Shown in pieces: positions 34,575-47,300 of a stretch of DNA of 64,000 nt. Positions within the stretch are counted from its first letter, which is position 1. Each line of letters begins with the position of its first letter. This stretch comes from Macrostomum lignano (lineage: Eukaryota). The stretch is from positions 215,053 through 279,052 of the forward strand of contig NIVC01001493.1 in assembly GCA_002269645.1 (NCBI GenBank), written 5' to 3'. Under the pieces are notes generated by a model that saw only the letters and a list, made by a program, of their open reading frames with translations, searched no databases and had not been told where the DNA came from. The translations under genes and the position numbers were made by a program.

Positions 34575-35704
34575 TCATATACTCCATAATCCATATTCGT
34601 GTAGCAAAATAGAAAGATTTCTCATCTTAATCAGCTCATCTGTTTGTGAAACTCGCAGCGTGCTGTCGAAGAACAGGGTCGCCAGTCGCCCTTGTTCAGA
34701 GGCAGCATTCAGAACGGCCCAACAGATGAAAAAAACTGGCGAATGCGCCACTTCAAGGTCCAGGGATGTATCCGATGGAGAGCCAATCCTCAGTGGTTTC
34801 GTAACAGGCAGCCGATAAGCAGCAGGACCTTTGTGGTGCAGCTGCAATGAGCTGCTGATGAGATGACATCCTTTGACCAGAGCACCCCTGACTGCGAGCG
34901 CCCTGCCGCCCAGTCGACCGCTGGAAGCTGCGCTAGCCACGCCTCCACAGTCCATGGATGCACGACTGCGCTGCACTTGCCTTGACCATCGAGAGTTGCC
35001 GCTGCAGCCGCTTGATTTGCCTGTCGCTTTCGGGATTGCCGCTGCAGCCGCTTGATTCGCCTGTCACTTTCGGGATTGCCGCTGCAGCCGCTTGATTCGC
35101 CTGTCGCTTTCGGGATTGCCGCTGCAGCCGCTTGATTCGCCTGTCACTTTCGGGATTGCCGCTGCAGCCGCTTGATTCGCCTGTCACTTTCGGGATTGCC
35201 GCTGCAGCCGCTTGATTCGCCTGTCACTTTCGGGATCGTTGCTGCAGCCGCTTGATCTTTGCCTCTAGCGCTTGGAACCCGCGAATCGGCTGCAGAGGTG
35301 AGAGCTTTCAGCCGCAACAGCTGTTCTCGGCGCAGAATCTGGTAGCCGAAGGTTGCTCTGCCACAGCACTGGCAGCAGGCAAGTCGCAGGCTCGGCTGCA
35401 GATAGATTGCTAATTGGCCCCAGCACTGGAGGGTACATGTCGTCTGCCTCTTCATCGTTTATCAGTCCTTTGCACAGAGGGTAGCTGGTCTATTTGAACG
35501 AGCCGAGGCAGCATCAACTCTTGGTGTGGGATTGCGTCCCAGCGAAAACAGATGTCTTGCACATCCGTGGCACTTTGTAAGGCAGCAGTAGGCCTCGTCC
35601 ATAAAGTGCAAGCTGAACACACGGAGGCCCCGTGATTTAATTGTTTATAAAGATCAATATCCACGCTCCTGCAGTAGCTGCTGCCAGCGCTTCGCCAGTG
35701 TCAT
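34575..35704 (-). pseudogene. Degenerate coding remnant, tentatively TRAF-like (Cys-rich, then coiled coil, then MATH-like), disrupted by a 40-bp tandem expansion
   Basis: GC-rich island in AT-rich DNA. Frameshifted pieces read CSAC/KCHGC, ALEAKIKRLQQR, HPWTVEAW...SGVLWSKDV and VFFICWAVLNAASEQ. There are multiple stops. The domain call is by eye only. Confidence 0.3.
34995..35256. repeat. 40-bp minisatellite (CGCTTGATTCGCCTGTCACTTTCGGGATTGCCGCTGCAGC), ~6.5 copies
   Basis: Period 40 is visible (35041 versus 35081). Confidence 0.95.
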
Positions 35705-37084
35705 CTTTTGGTAATTTATGCATTCGCAACGGATTTTTCTTTCTCGGATGTTAATAGCACTAGTACAAAGCTCGTGCAAGTGGGAGCACAGCAGTGGTTC
35801 GAATCAAAACATTTCTCGAGTACAAGATTAGATAGAAAAGCTAGTATGCACTCGAACTTTCTTTAACTCTGACTCTTGTCCTGTTCATCTATATAAGCTT
35901 GTATTTAAGCACGATTCGCCACCCCCAAATTTTCTAACCCACAACCTCTCAACCCCCACCCCACCCCTAACCCAGGCTAGCTATGTGCAGTCCTTTATTT
36001 TCTATCCCACCACCAGTAGGCCTAAATTATCGATCCACTCACCCTGCCTTATACGAAACTGATATTAACCCTATTCCAGACTACCCCCCTTCCTTCACTT
36101 TGAAAGATAGCGGCATTGCACACTGTCTGTCGCGTCTTAATGTACACCAGTACTGCACAAAACAAGTTAGTTGTTTATGGCGTTAGCAAAACGATGTCTT
36201 AAAAACAGTCACTCGATTTGTCTAATTTAGCAAATAATACTGTTGCTTCCTTTCATTGCTACTAAGCAGAAAGTAGAATAAAAAACTTGCCCAGAAAATT
36301 AGCCTGAGTGGCCTATCTAGTGTTTATAGTATCTGTGATATAAATATATCAATTTAGAATTTTCTTAGACAACAACCTTATTTGGCTACTTTGCTTTTCT
36401 AGTAAAGGGATAATAGCACATTTGTAAAACAATTATCACAACCTTAGCTTATAGGTTGCTATGTATTAGAAGGGGTAGGTAACACATGTTCTAGGTTCAA
36501 TGCGAATACTTTTCCCATATTATGTTGGGGCCGCAATAATTAAATTTGAATAATTCCCTTAGAACAAAGGAGGATAGTTAGGCTAAGTATACAAAGCAAT
36601 GTACAGTATAAACCAAAACCATAGGCTAAGGATGGCTAAGACTATGTTGAGATTCAATTGGTTTTATTAGCTCATATTGGCACCTTTTAATAGACAGACC
36701 TGTGTATTAGCTAGATAGTGAAATTCAATGAATAAGCTTGCAAGCCTCTTATTATAGCAGGCAGTGAATATATACTCAATATTTTAATGCTTTAAATCAG
36801 AAATTTTGAATGCTAATTGTTCTTGAGTTTTAAGTTTTGAAAGAAAATAATTATATTGCTAGAAAGATCTCGCAACACTAAGTTAGGGAATATAAGTTGT
36901 TTGCTTTAAATATGAAAACAAAAAGCATAGCATTAAAGAAACAATTCCTATACTTTTAAGCTTTCTGCAAATATTGTAGTTAGGGAGGGGGTTGTGTACA
37001 CAAATTCAAGCCAGCTATCATTTCAGTAATTTCAGTTATGGAGGAGGTAAGTGACAAATTTCAGTTGGTTTTATTATTGGTGCT

Positions 37085-37700
37085 TCTGGTCAGTCAGATA
37101 AGAGAAAAAAAATAAAGAGATTTCAAGAAGAGAAGAGAGATAATAGAAAAGACGTAAATATGATAGAGGAGAGATTAAAGATGACAGAGAGGAGAGATAA
37201 GGGAAGTGAAGTGGGAATGAAGAGGGATAGAAAAGAGAAGAAAATGTAGAAGGAAGAAGGGAGAGGAGAGAGGAAGGATGTGAGAGCAGAGGAGAGAAGA
37301 AAGATGAGAGATGAAAAAGTAAAGGGTAAAGAGATATGAGACATGAGGGCAGAAAGGAGAGGGAAAAGAAAAGAGAGAGAGACATGGTAGAGGAGAGAAT
37401 AGATAAGAGATAAGAGATGAAAGAAAGAGACAAAAGAAGAGAGGTGAGGCAACGAGAAAGAAGCAAAATCAGAAGAGAGGCAAGAAAAGGGGAGAGAGAA
37501 GAGAAGAGAAGGAGGAAAGAGAAAAGAGGAGAGATGAGATAGGGGAGAGGAGAGTAGAGATAAGAGAGGAGAGAGGTAAGAAGAAAGAGGGAGTAGAGCC
37601 AAAATATGAGAGAGAAGAGATAAGAGAGTAGATATGAGGGGGGAGAGAGAAGAGAGAAGCGAGATAAGAGGGCAGAGAAGAGAGAAGATGAGAGAAGAAA
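37085..37700. repeat. GA-rich low-complexity tract
   Basis: Directly visible. Confidence 0.85.
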
Positions 37701-38378
37701 AGTTTGTTATATAACTTATTTTATTTATCCATTCCTAGGTCTGCCATTGTAAGTATTATAGTTGAATATCTAAAATGTAATAGTTTTGGAAAAACAGATA
37801 AAAGCCTATAGAAATGGAAGTTTTATATGGAATGGAAATAAGTTGCCAAATAAAATTTTAAGTCGATTTGTAAGAGATAAAAGAGGTTAGATGGGATACT
37901 GTAAATTTTGGATTCTAACCTCTAAAATTCTCTAAAATCTTTAAAATTTTGGAGAATAGACATACATTATATAGAAAGTTTTTTCTATTTTCACTACTAA
38001 TTAAGTAGCAAAGTTTGTTCACTTCAATCCACATATACTAAATGTCTTACATAAAAATATTTGCTTTCATTATGTGTTTTAGCTGTAATAATTTGCACTA
38101 ACTGATTATGTATGACCAATAGGATGTACTGTATGCATTGAGTAATTGTAGGTATCTAATTGCATATTATTAAATGAATATAGCCATCTATATTCTATTA
38201 AGGACGTGGCCTATATATAAAATATAGAATTTTATCCATGCATGCAATTTGCTTTGATTACAACAATGATGCTAATCGCCATTAATCGCATGTGCAATAG
38301 AGAGAGAGAGTCTCAAGCCACCTGGAAACTGGACCAAATAGAGACTCATAAATATCGATACTAATAAACGTTAAAATC

Positions 38379-41300
38379 ATGGCCGATGACACAGCTGACG
38401 GAGCTGTGGGTAGCAAAGATGGCAGACGGAACAGTTCTGATTGGCCAGCACCAGCCGGAGGGGTTGAGCTTGTCCGTATTGGCCAGCGCGATTCCCTGAC
38501 AGTATTTGATGGCAGCAGTGCTTTAAGCAGTGGCTCAGTAGCTGCCGCTAATGATAGTCCACTGCGTAGGAATCAGTACTTGGCTCAGACTAGTTCGAAT
38601 GGTCGAATGAAGAAAATTGATTTTGTGCTCACTTATCATCAGAAGCATGACGACTCTGTAGTCGCCAGCGCTGGCATGGAGTCCAGCGAGCAGCGCGAAA
38701 ATGAATTAAGAAATGCTCTCATTGATGCTCTACGCGTTGAAGGTGTCGATATTGAAGCGCCTAGTAGTAGTGGTAGCAAAGATCTAACCAATGGCGACGA
38801 TAGTAACTATGGAAATTATAACGGCGGAGATGATATTGTTGAGAATGAGAATGGTGGAGACTCAAGTGAAACTAAAATTAAATATCTATTGTTGCACGCC
38901 ACTTTTCCTCTGCTTGCTAGGTGAGTCAGATATAATTAGCATTCATACGGTTATTTTTGAGTTATTTTTAGTTGGATCTATGACTTATTGGCTTTATTCT
39001 TTCTGACAAAATGAATTGTCTTACCGAATCTCCTTTAGCTTCTTTCTAAGGAAATGTTCCATTCTTCAAGAATAATGATAAACCTTTTAATAACAATACC
39101 AAATCCTTTAAGTAAAATCTCAAATCCATAAAAAATAGCGTAAATCCATCAAGAGCAATGCCAGATCTATCAAGAATAATGTCAAATCCTTAAAGAATAT
39201 TGTAAAATCCTTAAGGAAGAATGTCAAATCCATCAAGTATAATGTCGAATCCATCAAGTATAATGTCGAATCCATCAAGTGTAATGTCGAATCCATCAAG
39301 AATGTAAAATCCATCAGGAATGTCAAATCCATCAAAAATGTCAAATCCATCAAGAATGTGAAATCCTTCAAGAAGAAAGTCAAATCCATCAAGAATGTCA
39401 AATCAGTTAAGAATAATGTTAAATCCATCAAATATAGTGGCCGATCCTAACCGGAGAAGCAGTGTAAAAATAATTTGAAATAGTTTCCAATTCACAGTGT
39501 CGTTTCTAAGTAGAGCGCAAATTCCTAGCTAAACAAGCTTATAAAAAAGTCAACCACAATAACGCAGATACGCCGAAGCCATCAAACTACAGATGCCGTT
39601 GCGCGATCAGAGCCTTGTCGATGATGCCAACGCGGCTGAAGGCACCCCAATAGATGTTGAGCAGGCTCAATTTGACTGCGCCCTGTGGCGCCTATTCCGA
39701 CACTCCAGCGACAATGCCGGCGACAGGAACGACCTGTTTACGGCGCCGTTTCAAAAAGATCGACCGGAAATGTTTGCCATAGGCGATCGCCCAGAGGATA
39801 GGGAAGATTTTTTTACTAGCGCTCAAAGATCATTACTGTTGCACACGGCTCTGGTGTCTCTGCCGGAGTTCAACCGGTGCGTCTCTACCGGAGCTATTAA
39901 AGAGGCCTATCCTCTGCACGACGGCAGTCACAAGCTGTCTGCGTCAGTGTCAAGCGCTCAGGTCACTGGCTGCGACAATGACAGGCAGGAGCTGAATTTG
40001 CTGTGGGTTTCGGCTAGGAATTGGTATCGATTCCAGCCGTTGATGCTCATTAGGCGGTACTTTGGCGAAAAGGTATGCTGTTGATATTATCGAATATTCA
40101 TCACTGGTTCACCTGTTTAATCACTAGTTCACCTATTTTATCACTGATTTACCTATTCAGTCACTAGTTCACCTATTTTATCACTGATTCGCCTATTCAG
40201 TCACTAGTTCACCTATTTTATCACTGATTCGCCTATTCAGTCACTAGTTCACCTATTTTATTACTGATTTACCTATTCAGTCACTAGTTCACCTATTTTA
40301 TTACAGATTCACCTATTCAGTCACTAGTTCACCTTTTTTATTACTGATTCACCTCATGTTCAGTCACATGTTCATTCATTTTGTCACTGATTCATCCATT
40401 CTCTCTGATTTAGCCATAAGTTTTCGCTCTCATCAAACATCTTGGAGGTTGGTCGCTAAAGGTCCTGAACCCTTGACCAATTCACTCATTCATTTGCTTT
40501 CAATTCACTTTTCGCCTAACTGTACTTTAGGTGAAGCTCAAATCCTCGTTGAATTCCACTATCATTATTTAGGTCGCCATGTACTTTGCTTGGCTAGGCG
40601 CCTACAATATGTGGCTGCTGCCAATCTCGGTGCTAGGCCTGGTGGCATTCATATACGGCATAGCAAGCGTCTGGTCAGATCAAACTGTCAATCAAATTTG
40701 TGACGATAAAACTGGAGCCGGAAATTTGTTAATGTGCCCTGTGTGCGATCAGGCCTGCGACTATTGGAGGCTGAATGAGAGCTGCATGTACTCCAGAATT
40801 GTGCACGTGTTTGACAATAGCGCCTCTGTGCTGTATGCCGGCCTGGTTTCACTGTGGGCCACCTGCTTTCTGGAGTTCTGGAAACGGCGTCAGTTTGTGC
40901 TGCAGTACCAGTGGGACGTGGCCACCTGCGAATTGGATGAGGTTGGGCTCTTTCGCTTGACTTTGTTGTACGCTTTTTGTCGCGCCATTCTTAGAAGTCC
41001 AAATTTTTGGCGCCAATTCTTAAGACCCCATTTGTTTTTGGCGCCATTCTTAGTAGGCCATGTGGTTTGTGGCGCCATTTTTAGGAGACCATGTTGTTTG
41101 TGGCGCCATCCTTAGTATACCATGTTGTTTGTGGCGCCATCCTTAGTATACCATGTTGTTTGTGGCGCCATCCTTAGTAGGCCATGTGGTTTGTGGCGCC
41201 ATTTTTAGGAGACCATGTGGTTTGTGGCGCCATCCTTAGTAGGCGATGTTTTTTGCGGCGCTATTCTTATTAACCAATCACACCCCAACAGCAACTGAGA

Positions 41301-44300
41301 CGAACAGCAAGCAGGCAAAGGTCTATGGCCCGAAGCAGCGCGAGAGGTGGGGAAAGCGACCCCAACCCCGAAAAAAGGAGGAGAAAAGGAGAGAACAGGA
41401 AAATAAAAGCAAGGAGGCAGCAAAAGTAAGCGAAGCCAGGCCACAAACGCCAAGGTAAAACGCCAAAGGGTCAAAAAAACGAGCGAGTAAGCAGTCAAGA
41501 GTCCAGGCAGGCAGCAACCCGCCTAGCTGCTGCCCGACGGCAGGCAAAGGACGCCTCACCAAAGAAATACCGAAAGACGCAGTCTGAACGCCAGTCGCCC
41601 ATGCCTAGGACAGAAAACAGGGACTGTTGCGACGCGTAGATTTGATTCTCGCGCAGATGTGTTGCTAGTGCGGAAGCGGGACAGATAAGCAGGCATTCGG
41701 AGGCCTGCGGCAGAAAAACTTCTAGTTGCCGCTCCTTGAATTGGTTTGTCTTTGACCTGTTGAGCATCAGCCGCAGACCACCGGGGCACGCTGATAGGCA
41801 GCTCCCGGGAAGAGCGTCCGCAGCGGTGGATGGTAAGAGCTCGCCGAGCCTAAGGACTTCCCACCAGGCCACCAGCAATGCTGCCTTGAAGGCGGCCAGC
41901 AGACGGGGCGGCAGCGAATGACGTAGCTCGGTGGAGCTGCAGAGCAGGCGGAGGTGGCTGGGCTTCAGCGGCGTCGCACGCCGAGGCAGCCGGCTCAGAA
42001 GACGCCGAGCCCTGCGACACACGAGAGCCAGGCGAGCGCTGCCCTTGGTCAGGTCTGGCGACGCGGAAGCCCTATGTAGGAAAGACACCGCGCTGAGGCT
42101 TGACTGCACACTGGAGTAGGACGCCGGTCCACGTTGTAACAGAAACGAGACAAATTGGCAGACATCAGACTCGGAGGCGGCGGTCGCGGGAATTCGACGC
42201 TGCCGGCAGAATTCGTTTAAGACTTGTAAGTGGCTCGCATAGGACTTCCTGGAACTAGGCGCTAGTGACAGGCGGCACAGAGCAGACACAGACACGGTGG
42301 AGCGGAGCGGAGCGCGGCTGCGACCTGTGAATGAAGAGCGGTGCGAGACACGGCAGAAATGGTGTGGGAAGCAAATTCGATAGGGCAAATGCATAAAGAG
42401 CCGTGAAGACGGCAGCAAAAATTAATGAGCTCTCTGCTCGAGCCCCCCATTCTAGAAGCGGAGTCGCTCAGCAGCTGCATCTGGCCAGGAAGGTGGAACG
42501 CCTGGAGCTGAATTCCCGACGTGAGGCACACGAGAGCAACGGTCTGATAAATGCGAATGAGCAGAGGATGCCGACAGGACAGCTTATTGACCATGCCGAC
42601 GGCAGCAGTGCTATCCGAGTAAATCACCACGCGGCTGTTCCTAAGCTGCTCGCGGAGGTGCAGGATGGTAAGCAGCTGAGCCAGCGCCTCCTTGTGGTTG
42701 ATGTGAAGGTCGCGGAACTTGCTCTCGAAGTCCTTCTCCCAGTTGAAGTACGTCCAGTCATTGAATTCGCTGCCAAAGACGATGCCAGCAGCACCCTCGC
42801 AACTGCTATCAGATTCGATGGCCACAAGTTGACGAAAACCAGGGCGAATGACCGTCGGCGGCAGAGAACTCACGACGCGCAGCCACCAGAAGAAGAGGTT
42901 GCGAAGCTCAGATGGCAGCCGGGTGTCCATTCTGTAGCTGAGGATGTCGAGGAGTGGGCGCAGGAAAGGATGCAAAAGCCTGTTGATCTGGCTGAGCCAG
43001 CACAACTTGCCGGCCAGTTTTTCGAGCTGCTTCAGCTTAACAACGTCACGTGACAGGCAATCGTTCAGCAGTTTCCGAATGTCGTCTTTCTTGTTCATTC
43101 GAAGTGACAGAGTGCCGTTCACAGTGCCAAAAAGGACGCCAAGAAACACAACGTGTTGAGCTGGAGCCACGGTCTTCTGCCAGTTGATGTCGAAGCCTAA
43201 GTTCTGCAGCAGATCAACGAGATAATTGAAGGCCTCCTGGGCCGCTTCTTCAGTATCAGCGGCTACTGCCCAGTCGTCCAAGTAGTTGACGGTAGCTGTG
43301 AAGCCAATGCTGAGCATGTGGCGCTTGATGCAGGCCGATAAGCGATGGAAAATTTCACATGACGCTCGAGCACCAAAGGGCAACCGAATGTCAACGAGCA
43401 CCGAGTCATCGCTGTCGGCAGCAAACCGCCAGCTGAGGCCCGTGAGCACCTGGTCGTCTGGGTGAATACCGACAGAACGATAGGCCTGTTTGAGGTCGAT
43501 TTTGCCGATAAACGAGCTTGGGCGAAGATAGCGGGTCAGGTCTTGGACAGAGGCGAAGCGCAGCCCCTTTCCCTGCTCATAGCTGTCGTTGACGGAGGAC
43601 CCCGAAGGTCTAGAAAGGTCATGAATGACCCAGACACTGCCGTCAGATTTTGAAATCGCCCCGATGGCGTTCACCATGACAGGACCATTGGCAAGCTGCA
43701 GGCGGCCGAGACGGAGCTCCTCGGCGAGCTGTTCATCAACCTGCTTGGCTTGGTCCAAGGCTGAGCGGTAGTTGGCGGAGCAGGCAAGAGAAGGCGGCGA
43801 CCTATTGACGAGCCGAAAGCCGTAACTAAGGCCACTGCGAAGAAAATTTTCGTCTTGGTCACCCAGAAGCAGCGGCTCCCAGGCGGCAAGGTTCATGTCG
43901 GACGACAGAGAGCGGCGCGGAGGAGAGAGCAGGGTTGGAGCTGGGCAATGAGCAGAGGGAGGCAAGATAAAAGGCGATGGCGAACGGGGGTTAAAAGCAG
44001 GGCGGCTATAAAAGATCTAGTTTTTGCTCCCTCCACAGCGTCGCCGCCGACGCTGGCCGGACGGTGCTGGTGCGCGGGTTGCGGCGGGCCGCAGTCGCGC
44101 AGCTTGCAGACGTGACGGTACCTACAGGAGGACCGCTGGCAGCCGGCAGGGGAGTTGTAGCTTAGGCAGATGGGAGCTTGCAACTGGTTGGATGCTGGCC
44201 TGCTCAGGGTGACTTTTAAGTTTCTTGGTGCGTTAAGGTGTCGGTGGTACAGCTGTGGAGGCTCGCGGCCCCATCGATGCGAATCCGAGTCTGCGATCAA

Positions 44301-47300
44301 CTTTCTGTAATCCTCATCGAATCCCACACGACACTTGGACTGTAGTTGGCGTCTAAGAGCTCGCCGATCTTCTGTGAGTACTCCAGATAGCCTTTTAGTT
44401 CGTCAACATTGACAGATCCATCCTCATTCATGTGAATTAGCGACCCATCATCAACTAGTCAAAGCAAAATCTTAGAGTTCCCTGCAATCCACTGGCCGAC
44501 AGAGATTTTCCCCAAGCTGGGTGGCTGCTTCTTAAAGACCAGGTTGCCGTTCTCCATGCAGGCTGTGAGGCTCTCATTAGGTTGATTTGAACTGGGCTTG
44601 ACAAAATCGCGAATCAGATAAGCCCTGCGAGGCTTTTTGTCACACTGGCTTCTGCCGGGATCTGTAAGAGCGCCGCCTAACAAAAACGCCTCATGCAAGC
44701 CAGCATTTTCTCTCCGCTCACCTTGTTGTGGAGGTTCCTGAGACCGGTGATTCTGCGACTGATTGAGCTCGCTTTGCAGTTGTGCGCGGCGCCGAGTCAG
44801 GGCTTCAATCTCCAGCTGCTCGACCTCATTCCTCAGAGCCGCCAGGTCGCTCGTCGCGCTCCCTGAAGCTCCGTGTCCACCCGTCAAATGTCCGCCGTCG
44901 ATGGTGTCTGAGTTGAGGCTTGCGTCGTGACTTTTTGCTGCAGCTGGATACTCAGACATAGCACGCAGGTGTCTGTGTAGACGCTCATAGAGTTGTTGTT
45001 TACGACCAGCTTGTGAGAGGCCTCGCTGAGCTAGCTCTTGTTTGAGCTGTTTAGTTGTAAAATTGCGTGCACTTTTCAAGATGTTAAAAATTTTGAGTTG
45101 CAAAGCCAAAGCGAGCGACGGGGCACAGAGGGCGGCTTGCATATAAATAAGCGGATGAGCAAACCCCTCCCCCACCCCACGGGGGGGGGGTAGAGAGGAC
45201 TGCGCACAAAGGCGGCACAATGTACAGCGCGAGAGGTGGATAGCTAACACTCCAGGCTAACATTTCACCCCAGGCTCACAAAAGAGCCTAAGAGAAATAG
45301 TGGCAATAGGCCATGTTGTTTGTGGCGCCTTTCTTAATAGTCCATTGTGTTAATGTTAATTGTGGCGCTATTCTTATGAGGTTATGTGGTTTTTGGCGCC
45401 ATTCTTATAGGAGGCCATGTTGTTTGTGGCTCCATTATAAAACCATGTTGTTTGTGGCGCCATTATTAGTAGGCTATGTTGTATGTGGCGCCATTCTTAG
45501 TATTATGTGTATTGTAGCGCCATTCTTAGTAGACCGTGTGATTTGTGACGCCATTTTTAGTAGGCCTTGGTTTGTGGCGCCATCCTTAGTAGGCCATGTT
45601 GTTTGTGGCGCCATCCTTAGTAGGCCATGTGGTTTGTGGCGCCATTCTTATAGGAGGCCATATCGTTTGTAGCGCTATTTTTAGGAGGCCATATCGTTTG
45701 TGGCGCTATTTTTAGGAGGCCATGGGGTTTGTGCCGCCATTCTTATAAAATCATGTGGTTTGTGGCGCCATTCTTATAAAATCATGTGGTTTGTGGCGCC
45801 ATTCTTATAAAATCATGTGGTTTGTGGCGCCATTCTTATAAATCATGTTTTGATGCCTGTTTCTAAGAATTGTCTGCTTCTCTTTCTAAGAAACTCTGAC
45901 GTACATATTTCGCTCTCGCCAGGTGCCTCGGCCTGAGTACACCAAATTGCACGCGCTGTTACGCGGGTCACGCTACTGCTTCAGCATGGTCACCGTCGTG
46001 TTCATGGTGGCCCTTGTGCTAGCCGTATTAGTCGGGGTGATCACCTATCGCGTTGCTATGCTAGTGGTGTTCTCCTCAATCTCCGGCCTTGGCGTGTTCA
46101 TGAGTAACCTGCGGCTAATCACTACTGGCACTGCAGCTTGTATCAACTTTGTCTGCATTCTGCTGCTCAACCAGCTGTACAAGCGTCTGGCCATGTGGCT
46201 GACTAAACTGGAGCGACCTCGTACGGAGACTGACTTTGAGGATTCCTATACTATCAAGATGTACTGCTTTCAGTTTGTTAACTATTATTCGTCACTGTTT
46301 TATATCGCTTTTCTCAAAGGCTCGTTTGCTGGTAGGCCCGGAGATTATGCCAGGTAAGACTTGAATGTGAGATTTTCATGATTTCTGGGTGAGATTTTCT
46401 TGAGATTCTCATGATTTCTAGGTGTGAGATTTTTTTGAGATTCTCATGAGTTCTGGTGTGAGATTTTCTTTGAGATTCTCATGAGTTCTCGGTGTGAGAT
46501 TTTATTGAGATTCTCATGAGTTCTGAGTGTGAGATTTTCTTGAGATTCTCAATTTCTGGGTGTGAGATTTTCATGAGTTTTGGCGTGAGATTTTCTTGAG
46601 ATTCTCATGAGTTCTGGAAATGAGATTTCTTGAGATAATGGAAAAAATTTAACGGGAAATTTTCACTGAAGATTTTGTGGGATTTTTGTGCTATTTTTTG
46701 ATACTTCGCATATCAGATATGATTGTAAGAACCCCTACGTACCTCATTAACCATGGCAACCACTTCAATCACCCAAAGGTTCCCAATGCTTGACGGTGTC
46801 CGTCTGGAAGAGTGCGACCCAGCTGGCTGCCAAGTGGAGCTGGTGGTCCAAATGCTCATCGTGTTCGTTGCTAAGCAACTGCTCAACTCCGCCACCGAGG
46901 TTGGTCCGCCTCTAATCCGTAGAATACTGGGCAGCCGCCGGCAGAAGCAGTGTGCAGCAGCCAATGCTGCGGACTCTAACAAGCCGCCCTGGCTGAAAGA
47001 CCACTGCCTGACACCTGTTGATCACCTGCAACTATTCGACGAATACCTGGAAATGGTGCTACAGTTCGGTTTTGTTGTGCTGTTTGTTGCCGCAATGCCG
47101 CTGGCCCCGCTGTTTGCCATGCTAAATAATGTCATTGAAATCCGGCTGGACGCTTGGAAAATGGTCGCCCTGATGCGTAGGCCGGTTGCTAGGCGGGCCA
47201 GAGACATTGGAGCCTGGTTCGGCATCCTTACCAGCATCAGCGCTCTGTCTGTAGTGACCAATGCTGTCATTGTTGGCTTCACATCCGAGCAGATACCCAA

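Larger units (their letters stand above)
41269..45304 (-). mobile_element. Ngaro/DIRS-group tyrosine-recombinase retrotransposon (decayed), antisense in anoctamin intron 3
   Basis: Gene order is Gag, RT/RNase H, YR. No methyltransferase ORF was seen, the RNase H and YR frames overlap, and there is no TSD. Confidence 0.9.
41027..45848. repeat. ~30-bp minisatellite (CCATGTTGTTTGTGGCGCCATCCTTAGTAGG) split into 41027-41268 and 45307-45848 by the YR retroelement
   Basis: The same unit occurs on both sides of the insertion. Confidence 0.9.

Noticed and set aside
46714-46778. CAG at 46714-46716 as the anoctamin exon 5 acceptor, or ATG 46753 as a separate gene start
   Set aside because: The CAG gives an in-frame TAA. 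The AAG acceptor at 46776-46778 restores GRPGDYAR-FPMLDGVRLEEC in phase.
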